Below are positions 26,116 to 38,458 of a stretch of 64,000 nucleotides of DNA, piece by piece. The DNA is from Octopus bimaculoides (Eukaryota): the NCBI RefSeq assembly GCF_001194135.2, contig NC_068986.1, forward strand, positions 12,696,729 through 12,760,728, in the 5' to 3' direction. Within the stretch, counting starts at the first letter, position 1; each line of letters opens with the position of its first letter. The notes beneath the pieces were generated by a model. The model was not told where the DNA came from. It searched no databases and worked only from the letters and a program-made list of their open reading frames with translations. The position numbers were made by a program, and so were the translations under genes.

Positions 26116-26795
26116 ACACACATTAAAATCTTTGTTTCATATTTTAGCCAGTTTTCAGTAATAGCATTTCGTCGGAGCCTGTAAGAGCTTAGATGAAACC
26201 GAGTACAAAATATTTGAGATAACATTGTAATTTTAATAATGATTCTTATTAATGCTAACATATTTGCGCTCTTTTCTAGACTCCAAGCAACGTTAATGCT
26301 GTCGGTATAATATTTTGCGTCTGATTTGTGCTGCAAGACAGGAACATTAGTGGAAGACATTGTAACGCAGCGTAAACATTCTTAATCTTTAAAAGGTTCT
26401 TCGCTGGAATACCCAGAAGCACTTGTAATTCAGAAAGTCTCTGCGCAACTATTCGACATGTTAGAAGTAGTAGTCAAATCTATTCCACCTAAATATGTAT
26501 GTATGTATGTATGTATGTAACTGTGTATGTATGTTAGGTAGGTACGGACGTAGTGTGCATCTGGTGTGTATATATGTATTACTTAATTGTGTATGTACAT
26601 TCGTATCTTTTTGTCGAGATATATCTGTGAAGTATATAAGCATCAACAAGGAAACTAACAAACAGTTCTATATCGAATGAAATATCTTTTTAATATTTGT
26701 TCTGCTCGCGTTACTCACACACTCCCTTGTCACTGTCTCCCTTTCGAATTCATCGAACCGTTGTAAACCTGAAACCAACGACAACGTTGTTCAAT

Positions 26796-26864
<69 letters not shown>

Positions 26865-28661
26865 NNNNNNNNNNNNNNNNNNNNNNNNNNNNNNNNNNNN
26901 NNNNNNNNNNNNNNNNNNNNNNNNNNNNNNNNNNNNNNNNNNNNNNNNNNNNNNNNNNNNNNNNNNNNNNNNNNNNNNNNNNNNNNNNNNNNNNNNNNNN
27001 NNNNNNNNNNNNNNNNNNNNNNNNNNNNNNNNNNNNNNNNNNNNNNNNNNNNNNNNNNNNNNNNNNNNNNNNNNNNNNNNNNNNNNNNNNNNNNNNNNNN
27101 NNNNNNNNNNNNNNNNNNNNNNNNNNNNNNNNNNNNNNNNNNNNNNNNNNNNNNNNNNNNNNNNNNNNNNNNNNNNNNNNNNNNNNNNNNNNNNNNNNNN
27201 NNNNNNNNNNNNNNNNNNNNNNNNNNNNNNNNNNNNNNNNNNNNNNNNNNNNNNNNNNNNNNNNNNNNNNNNNNNNNNNNNNNNNNNNNNNNNNNNNNNN
27301 NNNNNNNNNNNNNNNNNNNNNNNNNNNNNNNNNNNNNNNNNNNNNNNNNNNNNNNNNNNNNNNNNNNNNNNNNNNNNNNNNNNNNNNNNNNNNNNNNNNN
27401 NNNNNNNNNNNNNNNNNNNNNNNNNNNNNNNNNNNNNNNNNNNNNNNNNNNNNNNNNNNNNNNNNNNNNNNNNNNNNNNNNNNNNNNNNNNNNNNNNNNN
27501 NNNNNNNNNNNNNNNNNNNNNNNNNNNNNNNNNNNNNNNNNNNNNNNNNNNNNNNNNNNNNNNNNNNNNNNNNNNNNNNNNNNNNNNNNNNNNNNNNNNN
27601 NNNNNNNNNNNNNNNNNNNNNNNNNNNNNNNNNNNNNNNNNNNNNNNNNNNNNNNNNNNNNNNNNNNNNNNNNNNNNNNNNNNNNNNNNNNNNNNNNNNN
27701 NNNNNNNNNNNNNNNNNNNNNNNNNNNNNNNNNNNNNNNNTATATATACGCTTGCACACACCTACATTCAAAGTGATATCCCCAAAAATTAACTTTATAT
27801 AAATGATGTATTTCCACTAATCTGCAGGTGTGAGATTCTCCTGAAACAAGTCTAATTGTCGAGTATTCGCATTACGCGTGATAATGAACCCGTTATCTCG
27901 ATATAAATCTCACTGTAAATGATTAAACTGATTACGTAATTAATGCAAAACATGACCAACCACCTTACACATTTCCGAAGAGTCTTGGCGCCCCTACACC
28001 ATGTATCAAATTATTTAGCGCCATTATTCTCTGCTCGTGGATCGTTAGTGAAATAAAGCGGTGGCGCATTTCTATTGTGCTTTTTATATTAAAATGTATT
28101 GCGTCGTTGCTTTAATCAGCGACTGAAATACAATTCTTGATGAAGAATAATGAATTCTTTGATCAAAGATTTAATTATGGAAGGATAAAATTCATTGGTA
28201 TCACACACAAATATGCTCGAGCGCCTAGACATACATATACACACACATATTCATATTACAGGCATATGCATATATACCTGTCACATATACATACATACAT
28301 ACATACATACATACACGCATATATACATTTATATTTCTACCAATAATAATTGGTGCACTGAGGTTTTGTGAGTAAATGACTAAATGACAGTCGAGATAAG
28401 CTTCAATTTTCAGAAAAAGAAATCAACCAACATCACAAATACAATCTGTAAGTGGAATCGAAAAATTATGCAAGACTTTTCTTAAGTTTAAAGAGTGACA
28501 TTGATTTCGTTATCTACATTCCAACGATTGAGCTTTGTATCTTTGTTAGAAACCAGCTTCTTTCTCAGAGGAAGAATTTATATAATTAAAAAGAGGAGAG
28601 ACCTAACATACATGCATACATACATACATACATACATACATACATACATACACGCATACAC

Positions 28662-28885
28662 ACGAGGAGGTTATACCAAAATAGCTGGAAACGTTCTTTG
28701 TGAGACAAGCTCGTTGTAGTTCGGGCTTCCACCGCCAGAAGCTACTTGATGCGATCCTCAGGCATCACTCTGCCGATCGGCGTTTTCAGCTGCAGCCGTA
28801 CTGCCACGTTGTGCGTCTTTGTTTTGCAGTGTTTCTCCCCTGTTCGTCGATTTTTACGATGGCTGAAACGAAGGAACAATGTACT
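28662..28885 (+). mobile_element. Probable mariner 5' end running into a gap
   Basis: Starts acgaggaggttataccaaaa (mariner-like terminus) and has ATG GCT GAA ACG AAG GAA CAA (MAETKEQ), resembling mariner transposase N-termini. Confidence 0.45.
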
Positions 28886-30524
28886 NNNNNNNNNNNNNNN
28901 NNNNNNNNNNNNNNNNNNNNNNNNNNNNNNNNNNNNNNNNNNNNNNNNNNNNNNNNNNNNNNNNNNNNNNNNNNNNNNNNNNNNNNNNNNNNNNNNNNNN
29001 NNNNNNNNNNNNNNNNNNNNNNNNNNNNNNNNNNNNNNNNNNNNNNNNNNNNNNNNNNNNNNNNNNNNNNNNNNNNNNNNNNNNNNNNNNNNNNNNNNNN
29101 NNNNNNNNNNNNNNNNNNNNNNNNNNNNNNNNNNNNNNNNNNNNNNNNNNNNNNNNNNNNNNNNNNNNNNNNNNNNNNNNNNNNNNNTATATATATATAT
29201 ATATATATATTGGCTAGAAAATTGGAAGACCTCCCATGTGATTTAGACGGGAACTCACACTCCTTCTTTAAACATGATGAATGTACTACCATTGGACCAC
29301 AGCAATCCTTTGATTCAAACGTCCTTTCAAAGTTTCTAAATTTTGATGACGTCAACGACATACAATTCTTACTGGTAAAAGCAAAATTTCTAGAACGGAT
29401 TGTGAAATTTGTAAAATTGCTTTGCTCCAATGGTTGAACATCTGTCATGTTTACAGAGTCTGTGGTCTCGAATTCAACTGGTAGCCTTCGACTTTTTCTC
29501 TTCCAAAGGATCTTAACCCAATGATTATATGTTATTATCTACAGCTTTATCTACTTCGAATTCCACCGTTAAAACGAATTATTGCACGTATCTCGAAGTT
29601 TCTTTGTTCTTATGACGTAAAATACTTATATCGACAATTAGATATTTGAAAATATTTTAGTAGCTAGAAGCAGGACTTAAAATAATAAAAAAGATGCCCG
29701 CTGTGCGTTCTGTTATTTCTATAAATCTTTTCCTTGGAGGCTTATTAGATTTTCATATTAATTTTTTTTTTCTTTTCGAATGACAGGTATTATGTATTTG
29801 ATTGAAAATGAAGGAAAGGGAATATATAAACTACTTAAAGACCATCTGCTTGCTGAAGATGGAGTTCTATTTTGATTATCGATTAGTATTACTGGGTCAC
29901 TTAGGGGTTCATACCAAAACCGTCAGTGACCAATTTTTATGTTGAACACACGTTTATTATCAAAGCTAATTTTCAGCTAATATTAATCCTTTTGGTTTTG
30001 TTATGACTGCAGGACGTAGTCTTTGCCTATTTCCCTCTCCAATAAATCATCTTTTATTTATTTATTTTATTTATTTTTGGCAATGCAGATCTGATTAGTT
30101 TATTCTCTAAAAAAGAAAACATTGAAAGCCGATTGAAGTTTAATCTTAAAAACATTTTGTTATTAAAATAAATAGCTAAATAACTAAATATAAACCAGAA
30201 AGAATGAACACGTGAAAAACATCGTAGAAAACAACATTAATCGCAAGAACAGGAAACTGTTCAGTTTTATAGATATTTCATTCAAGGGATTTCAAATATA
30301 TATTTGAATTTATTTATTTAAATATTTCATATATTGACGGAATAGTTCAATAACTGTTCAATACCTAATTATTGATTCGTTGGAACATGGCTGCATCTTC
30401 ATGTATTTGATTTGTTATTGCCGCTTTTATAGGAAATAAGCAACAGGAAACTTGATTAGAATTCGATCTCTGGTCACAGGCGTTCCAGACATAACCATTC
30501 AGACATTTTAATGGGTTGTGTATC

Positions 30525-30672
30525 AACGACTGTGTGTTAAGAAGCTTGCTTCCAAACCACATGGTGCTGAGTTCTGTTCCGTTGCGTTACATCTCAGGCA
30601 AGAGTCGCCTCGGGCCGACCAAGGCTTTATGAGTGGATTTAGTTGGCGGAAACTGAAAGAAGCCGGTCGCAT
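30525..30672 (+). mobile_element. Family B SINE 5' half
   Basis: Family B head. Confidence 0.75.
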
Positions 30673-30892
30673 ATATATATATATATATATATATANNNNN
30701 NNNNNNNNNNNNNNNNNNNNNNNNNNNNNNNNNNNNNNNNNNNNNNNNNNNNNNNNNNNNNNNNNNNNNNNNNNNNNNNNNNNNNNNNNNNNNNNNNNNN
30801 NNNNNNNNNNNNNNNNNNNNNNNNNNNNNNNNNNNNNNNNNNNNNNNNNNNNNNNNNNNNNNNNNNNNNNNNNNNATATATACATACATACA

Positions 30893-30924
<32 letters not shown>

Positions 30925-31797
30925 GAAGCTGCGATGGGTGAATTGTTGCCATTTTTATTTTTACATTCACGCATGCGCATTCTTTGTTTTTGATTTCGTT
31001 GAGTACACAATATAGTAGGGTCAGTTGGGCATCATCTGTAAGACAAAACGACACCATGACGCAATTCATTCTACCAGGAATTTGGAAATGACATGCAGTA
31101 CTGCTTGGAATTCGCACCGGAAGCTCCAATACGAACAGATGGTGAACACGCAGAACAACTGTTGGCTTGCCGTACCCACAAAACATGTAACCGGAGTGAT
31201 AAAAATCAAACATCTAGTCAACATCATGGTGTTTCGAGTGATCACTAGTAATGGCGACGTTATGCCGCCATTCAACTTCCTACACCGCCTCAGACCTAAC
31301 ACGGAGGCCTACATCAAGTACCTGGAGGAGGTAGTGCGCCCTGGGTCAAGAGGGTGGCTGCTGGAAGACTCTATGTCTGGCAACAGGACTCTGCACCATG
31401 CCTCACAAGCAAGAGAACTCAATCAAGGCTGTCAGACAATTTCTACGACCACATCACCCCTAATATCTGGCCACCTAACTCCCTAGACTGCAACCCTCTT
31501 GATTATTATGTGTAGGGTACAGTTGAGCGAGAGACCAACAAAACTCCTTGTAACACCAAAGATGAACTGAAGGCAAGGGTTATGACAGCAATCACTGTCC
31601 TCCAGAAAAGTTGCAGGTCTTTCCGAAGTGGTCTGGAGGCCGTAATTAAAGTCAATGACAATTTTATTGAATAAATTTATTCTTTAGTATTTCAAATTTT
31701 TTTTATGTAACTTTGGTAAATATATCTATTAAGATGAGATGTCAGTGTTATTTTCATTTTTGTGTAATTTAGATGACAATATATTCACCACACCATG
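30925..31797 (+). mobile_element. Internally deleted maT/DD37D (Tc1/mariner superfamily) transposon
   Basis: Catalytic region VWQQDSAPCLTSKRTQSRLSDNFYDHITPNIWPPNSLDCNPLDY has exactly 37 residues between the 2nd and 3rd Asp, with frameshifts and stops. The right end agatgacaatatattcaccacaccatg|TA is TIR-like; the left end is degenerate. Confidence 0.85.
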
Positions 31798-31894
<97 letters not shown>

Positions 31895-32934
31895 TGCATT
31901 ATTATATATTCTTATCCGAAAATTGGATTGTGTCGCACTAATGAGAGAGGAGTGCGCAATACATGTTGTAGAGTATATGGCTAATTGAACCGAATGTTTA
32001 TCTCACGACTCGAGTATGATGCCACCGCCCACACAGTCGACAACAATGAGTGTGTTTATGAAGCTAATTAATCTGTGACTGAGGCTGACAATGGTAAAGG
32101 AGTCCTAGCATTCTCTGTTCGACTAAACTCTACAAGCATATTAGATCACTCGACCGAGGTTGCCTGAGATGCATGCAGGGCAACGAAACAATTCTTCAGC
32201 CCTTACCCTATATCTGAATATTGCTGACATGTAGAGTTATATCGAACCGCTGCAACTGCATCTAGAACGATCCTGGTTCTCAATCGAATCCATAATCAGC
32301 ATTTTTAATCTCCCATTTGATAGATTATAGTTTTAAAGATTAGGTTTTTTTCTTATAAAGCCGTATTTCTTTAACTTATATCATTACTGCATTGTTATTT
32401 TCTATATTTCGTACAATTTGACTCTTTTTCAACTGATGTGATTTTCCTTATCTTCTATCCGCTGCCTTTTTCCAACCATGTTTTGTACCTAATTACTTCA
32501 TTATCAAAAGAAAACGTTTTGTTCCTTTTAATCTGTTCCTTGATGCGATTTTAAAATATACTCGTGTTTTTATTGAGTATTTTCTAAGTTCTACCGTAAT
32601 TATCTTATTTCTCTCTTTATATGGATTCTAACTGCCATTTAGTTTGAGATAATTACATCCTGTCGAGATCTGACTTACATTACTGTATTCCAAATTCTAT
32701 CTTAAGATTCCTTATTTTCATGCTTTTTCTGTTTAATCTTGTATCACTTAATTTCCAATTTGACGGTTAACTTCATTCGAAATGTTCTCGTTTGTTCTGT
32801 TAGATTTCGTATATCTGTATAATTGTGCTGCCAGGGATTTAGTACGGGGTACACCATGTTGATAAACATTTCAACAGTAAACGTATTGTAAGCACCGCTC
32901 CAAGACAATAGTTAATATCTTACAGTTCATTTTA

Positions 32935-33135
32935 AGGCGGTGAGCTGGCAGAATCGTTAGCACGTCGGACGAAATGCTCAGCGGTATTTCATCTGTCTGT
33001 ACGTTCTGGGTTCAAATTCTGCCGAGGTCAACTTTGCCTTTCATCTTTTCGGGGGTCGATAAATTAAGTACCAGTTGAACACTGGGTCGATGTAATTGAC
33101 TAGCACCCTCCCACAAAATTCCTGGTCTTGTACCA
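32935..33135 (+). mobile_element. Family A SINE, full length
   Basis: aggcggtgagctggcagaatcgttagcacgtcggacgaaatgc... core. Confidence 0.85.
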
Positions 33136-33597
33136 AAATTCTAAATCTAAAACCGATACCTTACCATTATTGTTGAGATCGGAGCACATTGTGCGTTTGG
33201 TACTGAAACATTTATCAAAGATGGTGAATCTGGGCTCGTTTGCTGCACCTTGTATAATTTTAGTGTATTCTACACAAACCATTCCTCGATATAATTTCTT
33301 TGATTTACCAATCCCTTATAGCACCAAACCGTAAAGGACGTACTAGCTTCAATTTGTTCTACTAAATCCTTCAAGACGATGATCCAGCAAGGCCCAAGTC
33401 CTGAGACTGAAACAAGCAAAATGTAGATGTTTTGTGGGTGAAAGAAAAATACAACTTAAAGCATTTTCTACTTCCAGTACATATATATATATAGTCAATT
33501 AAAAAAAAAAAACAGAGAAAAAGAAAAAAAAACAAACGTGGGGACGTAGCACAAGCAATGTATTAGTACGACGCTCGGAGAAAGAAGAGAGTAATTT

Positions 33598-33632
33598 GTT
33601 TTGCGTTTCGAACTTAACTCTTCTTCAGAAAC
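33598..33632 (-). ncRNA. Degenerate minimal hammerhead motif (Penelope-type)
   Basis: Minus strand GTTT-CTGAAGA-A-GAGttaagTTC-GAAA-CG-CA-AAAC. Stem I GTTT/AAAC; the cleavage triplet is GCA instead of NUH. Confidence 0.55.
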
Positions 33633-33714
33633 AGGAAAAACAGGAAAGTCCAAAGGGAAACAAGGAAGAAAGAGGGAAAAATCGCCAAAAGTCCACGTGA
33701 GGCTACATTTATAA

Positions 33715-34078
33715 GTTGTTAAATTGTTAATAAGCCACTCATATTATTTATAGTTTTCACTTTTGCTGTTTCTGAAATCAGCGTATGATTTCAACGGTTT
33801 TCTTATAAGTTGACAAGGCAAATTGAGTTTAAACCTAGGTACAGTAAGAGCCACTGATGAGAATTAAGATGCTCTGCATCAAAATTCGAAATCACTGGTG
33901 ATGTGGGTATGTCTGCAAAGGGAGTTTATCTCCCTTGTCAGTCATTAAGTTAGTGCTCTTATGGCTATTGAGTCGATTTGACGCTTATTTCTAGCAATGC
34001 CGATACCACTTAGTACTCGCTGTCACGTTAGTGACGTCTATAAAGTTGCCTTTGGGTTGTTAAATTTCTAATAAGCCA

Positions 34079-34085
<7 letters not shown>
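33715..34085 (+). mobile_element. Retrozyme-like unit: 341-nt period bounded by 30-nt direct repeats, containing a type I hammerhead
   Basis: Direct repeats gttgttaaatt(gt/tc)taataagccactcatat at 33715-33744 and 34056-34085 (28/30). HHR at 33851-33906. No ORF. Confidence 0.6.
33851..33906 (+). ncRNA. Type I hammerhead ribozyme fold
   Basis: CCA-CTGATGA-GAATTaaGATGCtctGCATCaaAATTC-GAAA-TCACtgGTGA-TG-TGG: canonical core, G10.1-C11.1 pair, stems I-III. Position 17 is G, so this copy is probably inactive. Confidence 0.75.
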
Positions 34086-34125
<40 letters not shown>

Positions 34126-34139
34126 TTCTCAACCGTATA

Positions 34140-34525
34140 GTTCCACGATCAGTTCCACTGTGTGGCATCTTGGTCAAATGTCTTCTGCTATATTCTCGGG
34201 CCGACCAAAGCCTTGTAAGGAGTGTTGGTTGACGGAAACTGAAAGAAACCCGTTATATATGTGTGTGCGCGCGTGTGTGCGCGCGTGTGTGCGCGCGTGT
34301 GTGCGTGTGTGTATGTGTGCACGCGCGCGGGGGGGGGGGAATCGTATCCTCTTACAATTGAGAACCGGTGTTGTGATGTTTACAAGCCCATAATATAGCG
34401 GCTCGGCAAGAGAGACCGATATAAAAATAACCGATACAAATAAGTAGGGTCGATTGGTTCGACTAAAATTCTTCAAGGTGTTACTCCAGCATGGCCGCAG
34501 TTTCATGACTGAAAAAGCAATAGAT
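34140..34525 (+). mobile_element. Family B SINE with internal (GT/GC)n and tail
   Basis: Family B head and tail. Confidence 0.8.
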
Positions 34526-34553
34526 AAATGATAAAAAGATATATCTCTAGGGA

Positions 34554-34831
34554 ATCAAAACAGCCACTTTAATCTCGAGTCGAATGCTTCACAAATATAT
34601 TCTTTCTAAAAATATACGATAGCCTTGCTTTCTACAGTTAACAAATCCGCATAAATCACTACTTTCTTTCATAAAACCCCAATAGAAACCACGTTTCTTT
34701 CGCTAAATCTTCAGTTTTATATTATCTTTCTCTTCTATATCTTCACTTTCAGTTTTCTTTTGCCTTCTCTTCCTTTTTTTTTTTTGTTTGAAGTTTGAAG
34801 GCATGTTCCAAATTCTAAATATTTTCTTTTC
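34554..34831 (+). repeat. Copy 2 of the duplicated non-coding block
   Basis: See 24710-24984; offset 9844 bp. Confidence 0.95.
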
Positions 34832-35832
34832 CTTAGAACATATCGTATATTTTGCATTTTTCAAATCTTAGTCATTTTATTTTTCATCCCTATCATTTTT
34901 CCCCCCTGCAAGAAAACTGGAATAATCTGTTCATCTATTCACAAATATGAATTTTTAAAATATATAACTCTACAAAGATTCCCTGCAATGCTTATCAAAA
35001 CTATTTTGATCTTCACCCGAAATGATGTAATCACGGTAAACGAGATTTTGTATCGCTTGGGCGTTATTCCTATTTTTATATATATTTTCGTCTTACATTT
35101 TAGCTTACAATTCCCTTCTTCAATCTATGCTACATTTACCTGCCTGCATACCTGCCTACCTACCTACCTACCTGCCTACCTACCTACCTACCTACCTACC
35201 TACCTACCTGCCTGCCTGCCTACATACCTACCTACATAGATACATACATACATACATACATACATACATACGTATGTACGTACATACACACTTACAGACA
35301 GACAGACCGATGGTCATTAGCACATAGTCATAGATTGATAGATAGATAGATATATAAATGCGTACATGTATGCGTGTGTGCCTGTGTATATATGTTGTAT
35401 GTACAACATATATCCATATAATATAAACATAAATATATATACATACCTACATATACATACACACACACNNNNNNNNNNNNNNNNNNNNNNNNNNNNNNNN
35501 NNNNNNNNNNNNNNNNNNNNNNNNNNNNNNNNNNNNNNNNNNNNNNNNNNNNNNNNNNNNNNNNNNNNNNNNNNNNNNNNNNNNNNNNNNNNNNNNNNNN
35601 NNNNNNNNNNNNNNNNNNNNNNNNNNNNNNNNNNNNNNNNNNNTATGCATATAGTAAAGTTTATTTGGCAACAGAATGTGGCAGTCCTATACAGGACGAT
35701 GTTACTGCTGTTTAGCCCCAGGAAAACATCTTTTCCAGCTGGCTACCGACACACTTTATGTCCTTATAACATGAGCAAGGTAATTTATCGCTCTCATCTC
35801 TAGCCTTCGTGATACTCACTCACAGACCTACA

Positions 35833-35875
<43 letters not shown>

Positions 35876-36989
35876 TCACACACACACTCACACACACCTG
35901 CATGGCAATGGGAAGGTAATTATCGAGCTCTGTCCTAGAACGGTACTTTATCGACCCTCAGGGATAGGATGGCCAAGTTGAGCTCGGTGCGATTTGATCA
36001 CAGAACTACACCCAGTACTGTAATATATGGCATAACGCACCCTGGAGATTCTGTTATACCTTTGTCATTGGGTTTATATTTGTCTTCGAATGTGAGTAAC
36101 CATCCTGTAAACCGATCCTTCGACCTACTTAACCTCCCTATATGAAATCACTTCAAATATATTTTACTTTCTGAGAATCTAGAAACTTCGAGAGAACTAA
36201 AATAATTCTTTTTTAACGATGGAACTCGAAGTGAGAACAGTTATATATAAAAACATGTAAACATTGGGTTTAAAACCCTTTTAGAAAGAAAAGAAAAGCA
36301 AAGCAAAGGTTTTCCATCTCACTCGAACCCACATCTATAATCGTCATTTAAAAAAATTTTTTTTTGCTTGAGCCCCTCCGCGGTTATCCTCCATTCCCAT
36401 CTCCCCCATGTCTTTACACCGTACTAATATGATATCGAGACACGCCGTCTACATCACATATATTATAATGAACATGTTTACCAATCATCTGAGCATCTAC
36501 TCAATAAATATGTTTTGTTTCTCGTCTATTTTCGGACTCTTCCTGAATAATTTCAACTGATTTCTGGTCACTACAAATTTTTTCTGTTAAATTCATTAAA
36601 TCGTGAATTAATGTTTTATTATATTTTATTTTAATTTAGTTTTCTATCAAACGATTTCTTTTATCTGCAAAAATTTCTAATTTATTTGCGATTATTTTAT
36701 TATTTTTTATATTATAAAATTATTTTTTTATTAGTTTTATTCCGTCTCTACTTAGAGGATATACATTTTTTTGTTTCTTAATTTTTGGAATAACCTTTCA
36801 AACGATTCTCACATCTCTCCTATGACATTTTCAATTTTCAAATGATTTCTTTAAATAATTCCTTGTTTTGATCCTACTGAATCGAAAAATATAAAGCAAG
36901 GAACACACACACAAACAGACACTCACACACACTCAGACATACACATACACACACATACGCACGCACACTCAGAACAATATATTTAACAC

Positions 36990-37029
<40 letters not shown>

Positions 37030-37346
37030 TGTGTATGAGTACAATCACAATTTTAATTCTGTTTACGTCACATTGCTTCTGTAAATGTGCACGTATGTAG
37101 ATGTGTATGATGTATGTATATATATATATGTATATGTGTGTATGTTGTAGTAATAGGTACCTGAAAGCAATGTTGCGAATAAACAAACATTTAGCTCATA
37201 TAAAGACAGAGAAAGAGTCAGTGTCTCGTTGCCATGCGACTGGATGAACAAGATGACCAAAAGTTTACGAAGCAAAATAAGTACTTTAGGTTGGATGTAC
37301 GCATCATAACACCCATATTAAAAACAACAGCAGCAACAACATTAAT

Positions 37347-37561
37347 CTTTTCTACTAGAGGCACAAGGCCTCAAATTTGTTGGGAGGGGAGTAGTCGATT
37401 ACATCGATCCCAGTGTTTCACTGGTACTTAATTTATCGACCTCGAAAGGATGAAAGGCAAAGTAGACCTCGACAGAATTTGAACTCGGATCGTAGTGTCG
37501 GGCGAAATACCGCTGAACAATTCGTCCAGCGCGCTAACGATTCTGGCTGCTAACCGCCTTG
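37347..37561 (-). mobile_element. Family A SINE, full length
   Basis: Family A core. Confidence 0.85.
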
Positions 37562-37880
37562 GCAACAACAATAATAATGATTTCATTTAAGTATTAATTC
37601 TAGGGTGTGCCCTTTTAAGCTCACCTACGGGACACAGCCATCTGGTGAGTGTTTTATCATACACGTGTCTGAGAAATCCGCGAAGAGCTGTTGAGATTTT
37701 ATAATTGCAAACGAGAAGAAAGGAGTAAAGAAGTCTTTGTATTACATCAATTTATTATTGTTTCACCGCAATTCGATCTCATCTATCTTGCTATATTACA
37801 GCAAGATAAGCTGCAGTTCGTATGAAACAATTGTAAACTGGTGTAATAACATGACTTTTGCTGTTCTTGTTTGTAATTAG

Positions 37881-37922
<42 letters not shown>

Positions 37923-38192
37923 CATAAGAAGGAACTGTCTTTCGTGTCAGTTCGCAGCGTCTGGCTTTCAGACCCCTGCTGCTGAAGAGTAGATAACTAT
38001 TCCGAGGAGCACGCATCCAACAGTCTGGTTAGGCGGAGCTATGAGCTGTCTCGGTGTATTTACACCCATTTGTCCATAGCGAAAAGTCTCCATGACAAAT
38101 TACAGTGAATTGCTTCCTTACAGATTCGAAGAAGGATATTTGAATTGGTTATAAGTTGTATCCCTCCACATCACTACCTACCGGTGTCACCC

Positions 38193-38230
<38 letters not shown>

Positions 38231-38458
38231 TCCTTTCTCAAAAGCATTGAACTTCATATTTGAGTTTCCGATAAACCTATAAGATGTTACTCAGGCTCTC
38301 ATCTATGAATCCATTACATCTTATGGTAAAAACAACTGTAAGCAAATGAAGTTTATAAGATAGTCGCTTATTCCCTTGTCACCTCAATATATATCGAGGT
38401 ACGCCTCTTGTGTCTCGGAGATAATTATAATGTTTTAATTTGTCAGCTGTATCTAATA

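Noticed and set aside
24693-34835. Idea that the whole 9.84-kb interval is a tandem segmental duplication
   Set aside because: No other sequences in the window repeat at that offset; only the block of about 275 bp does.
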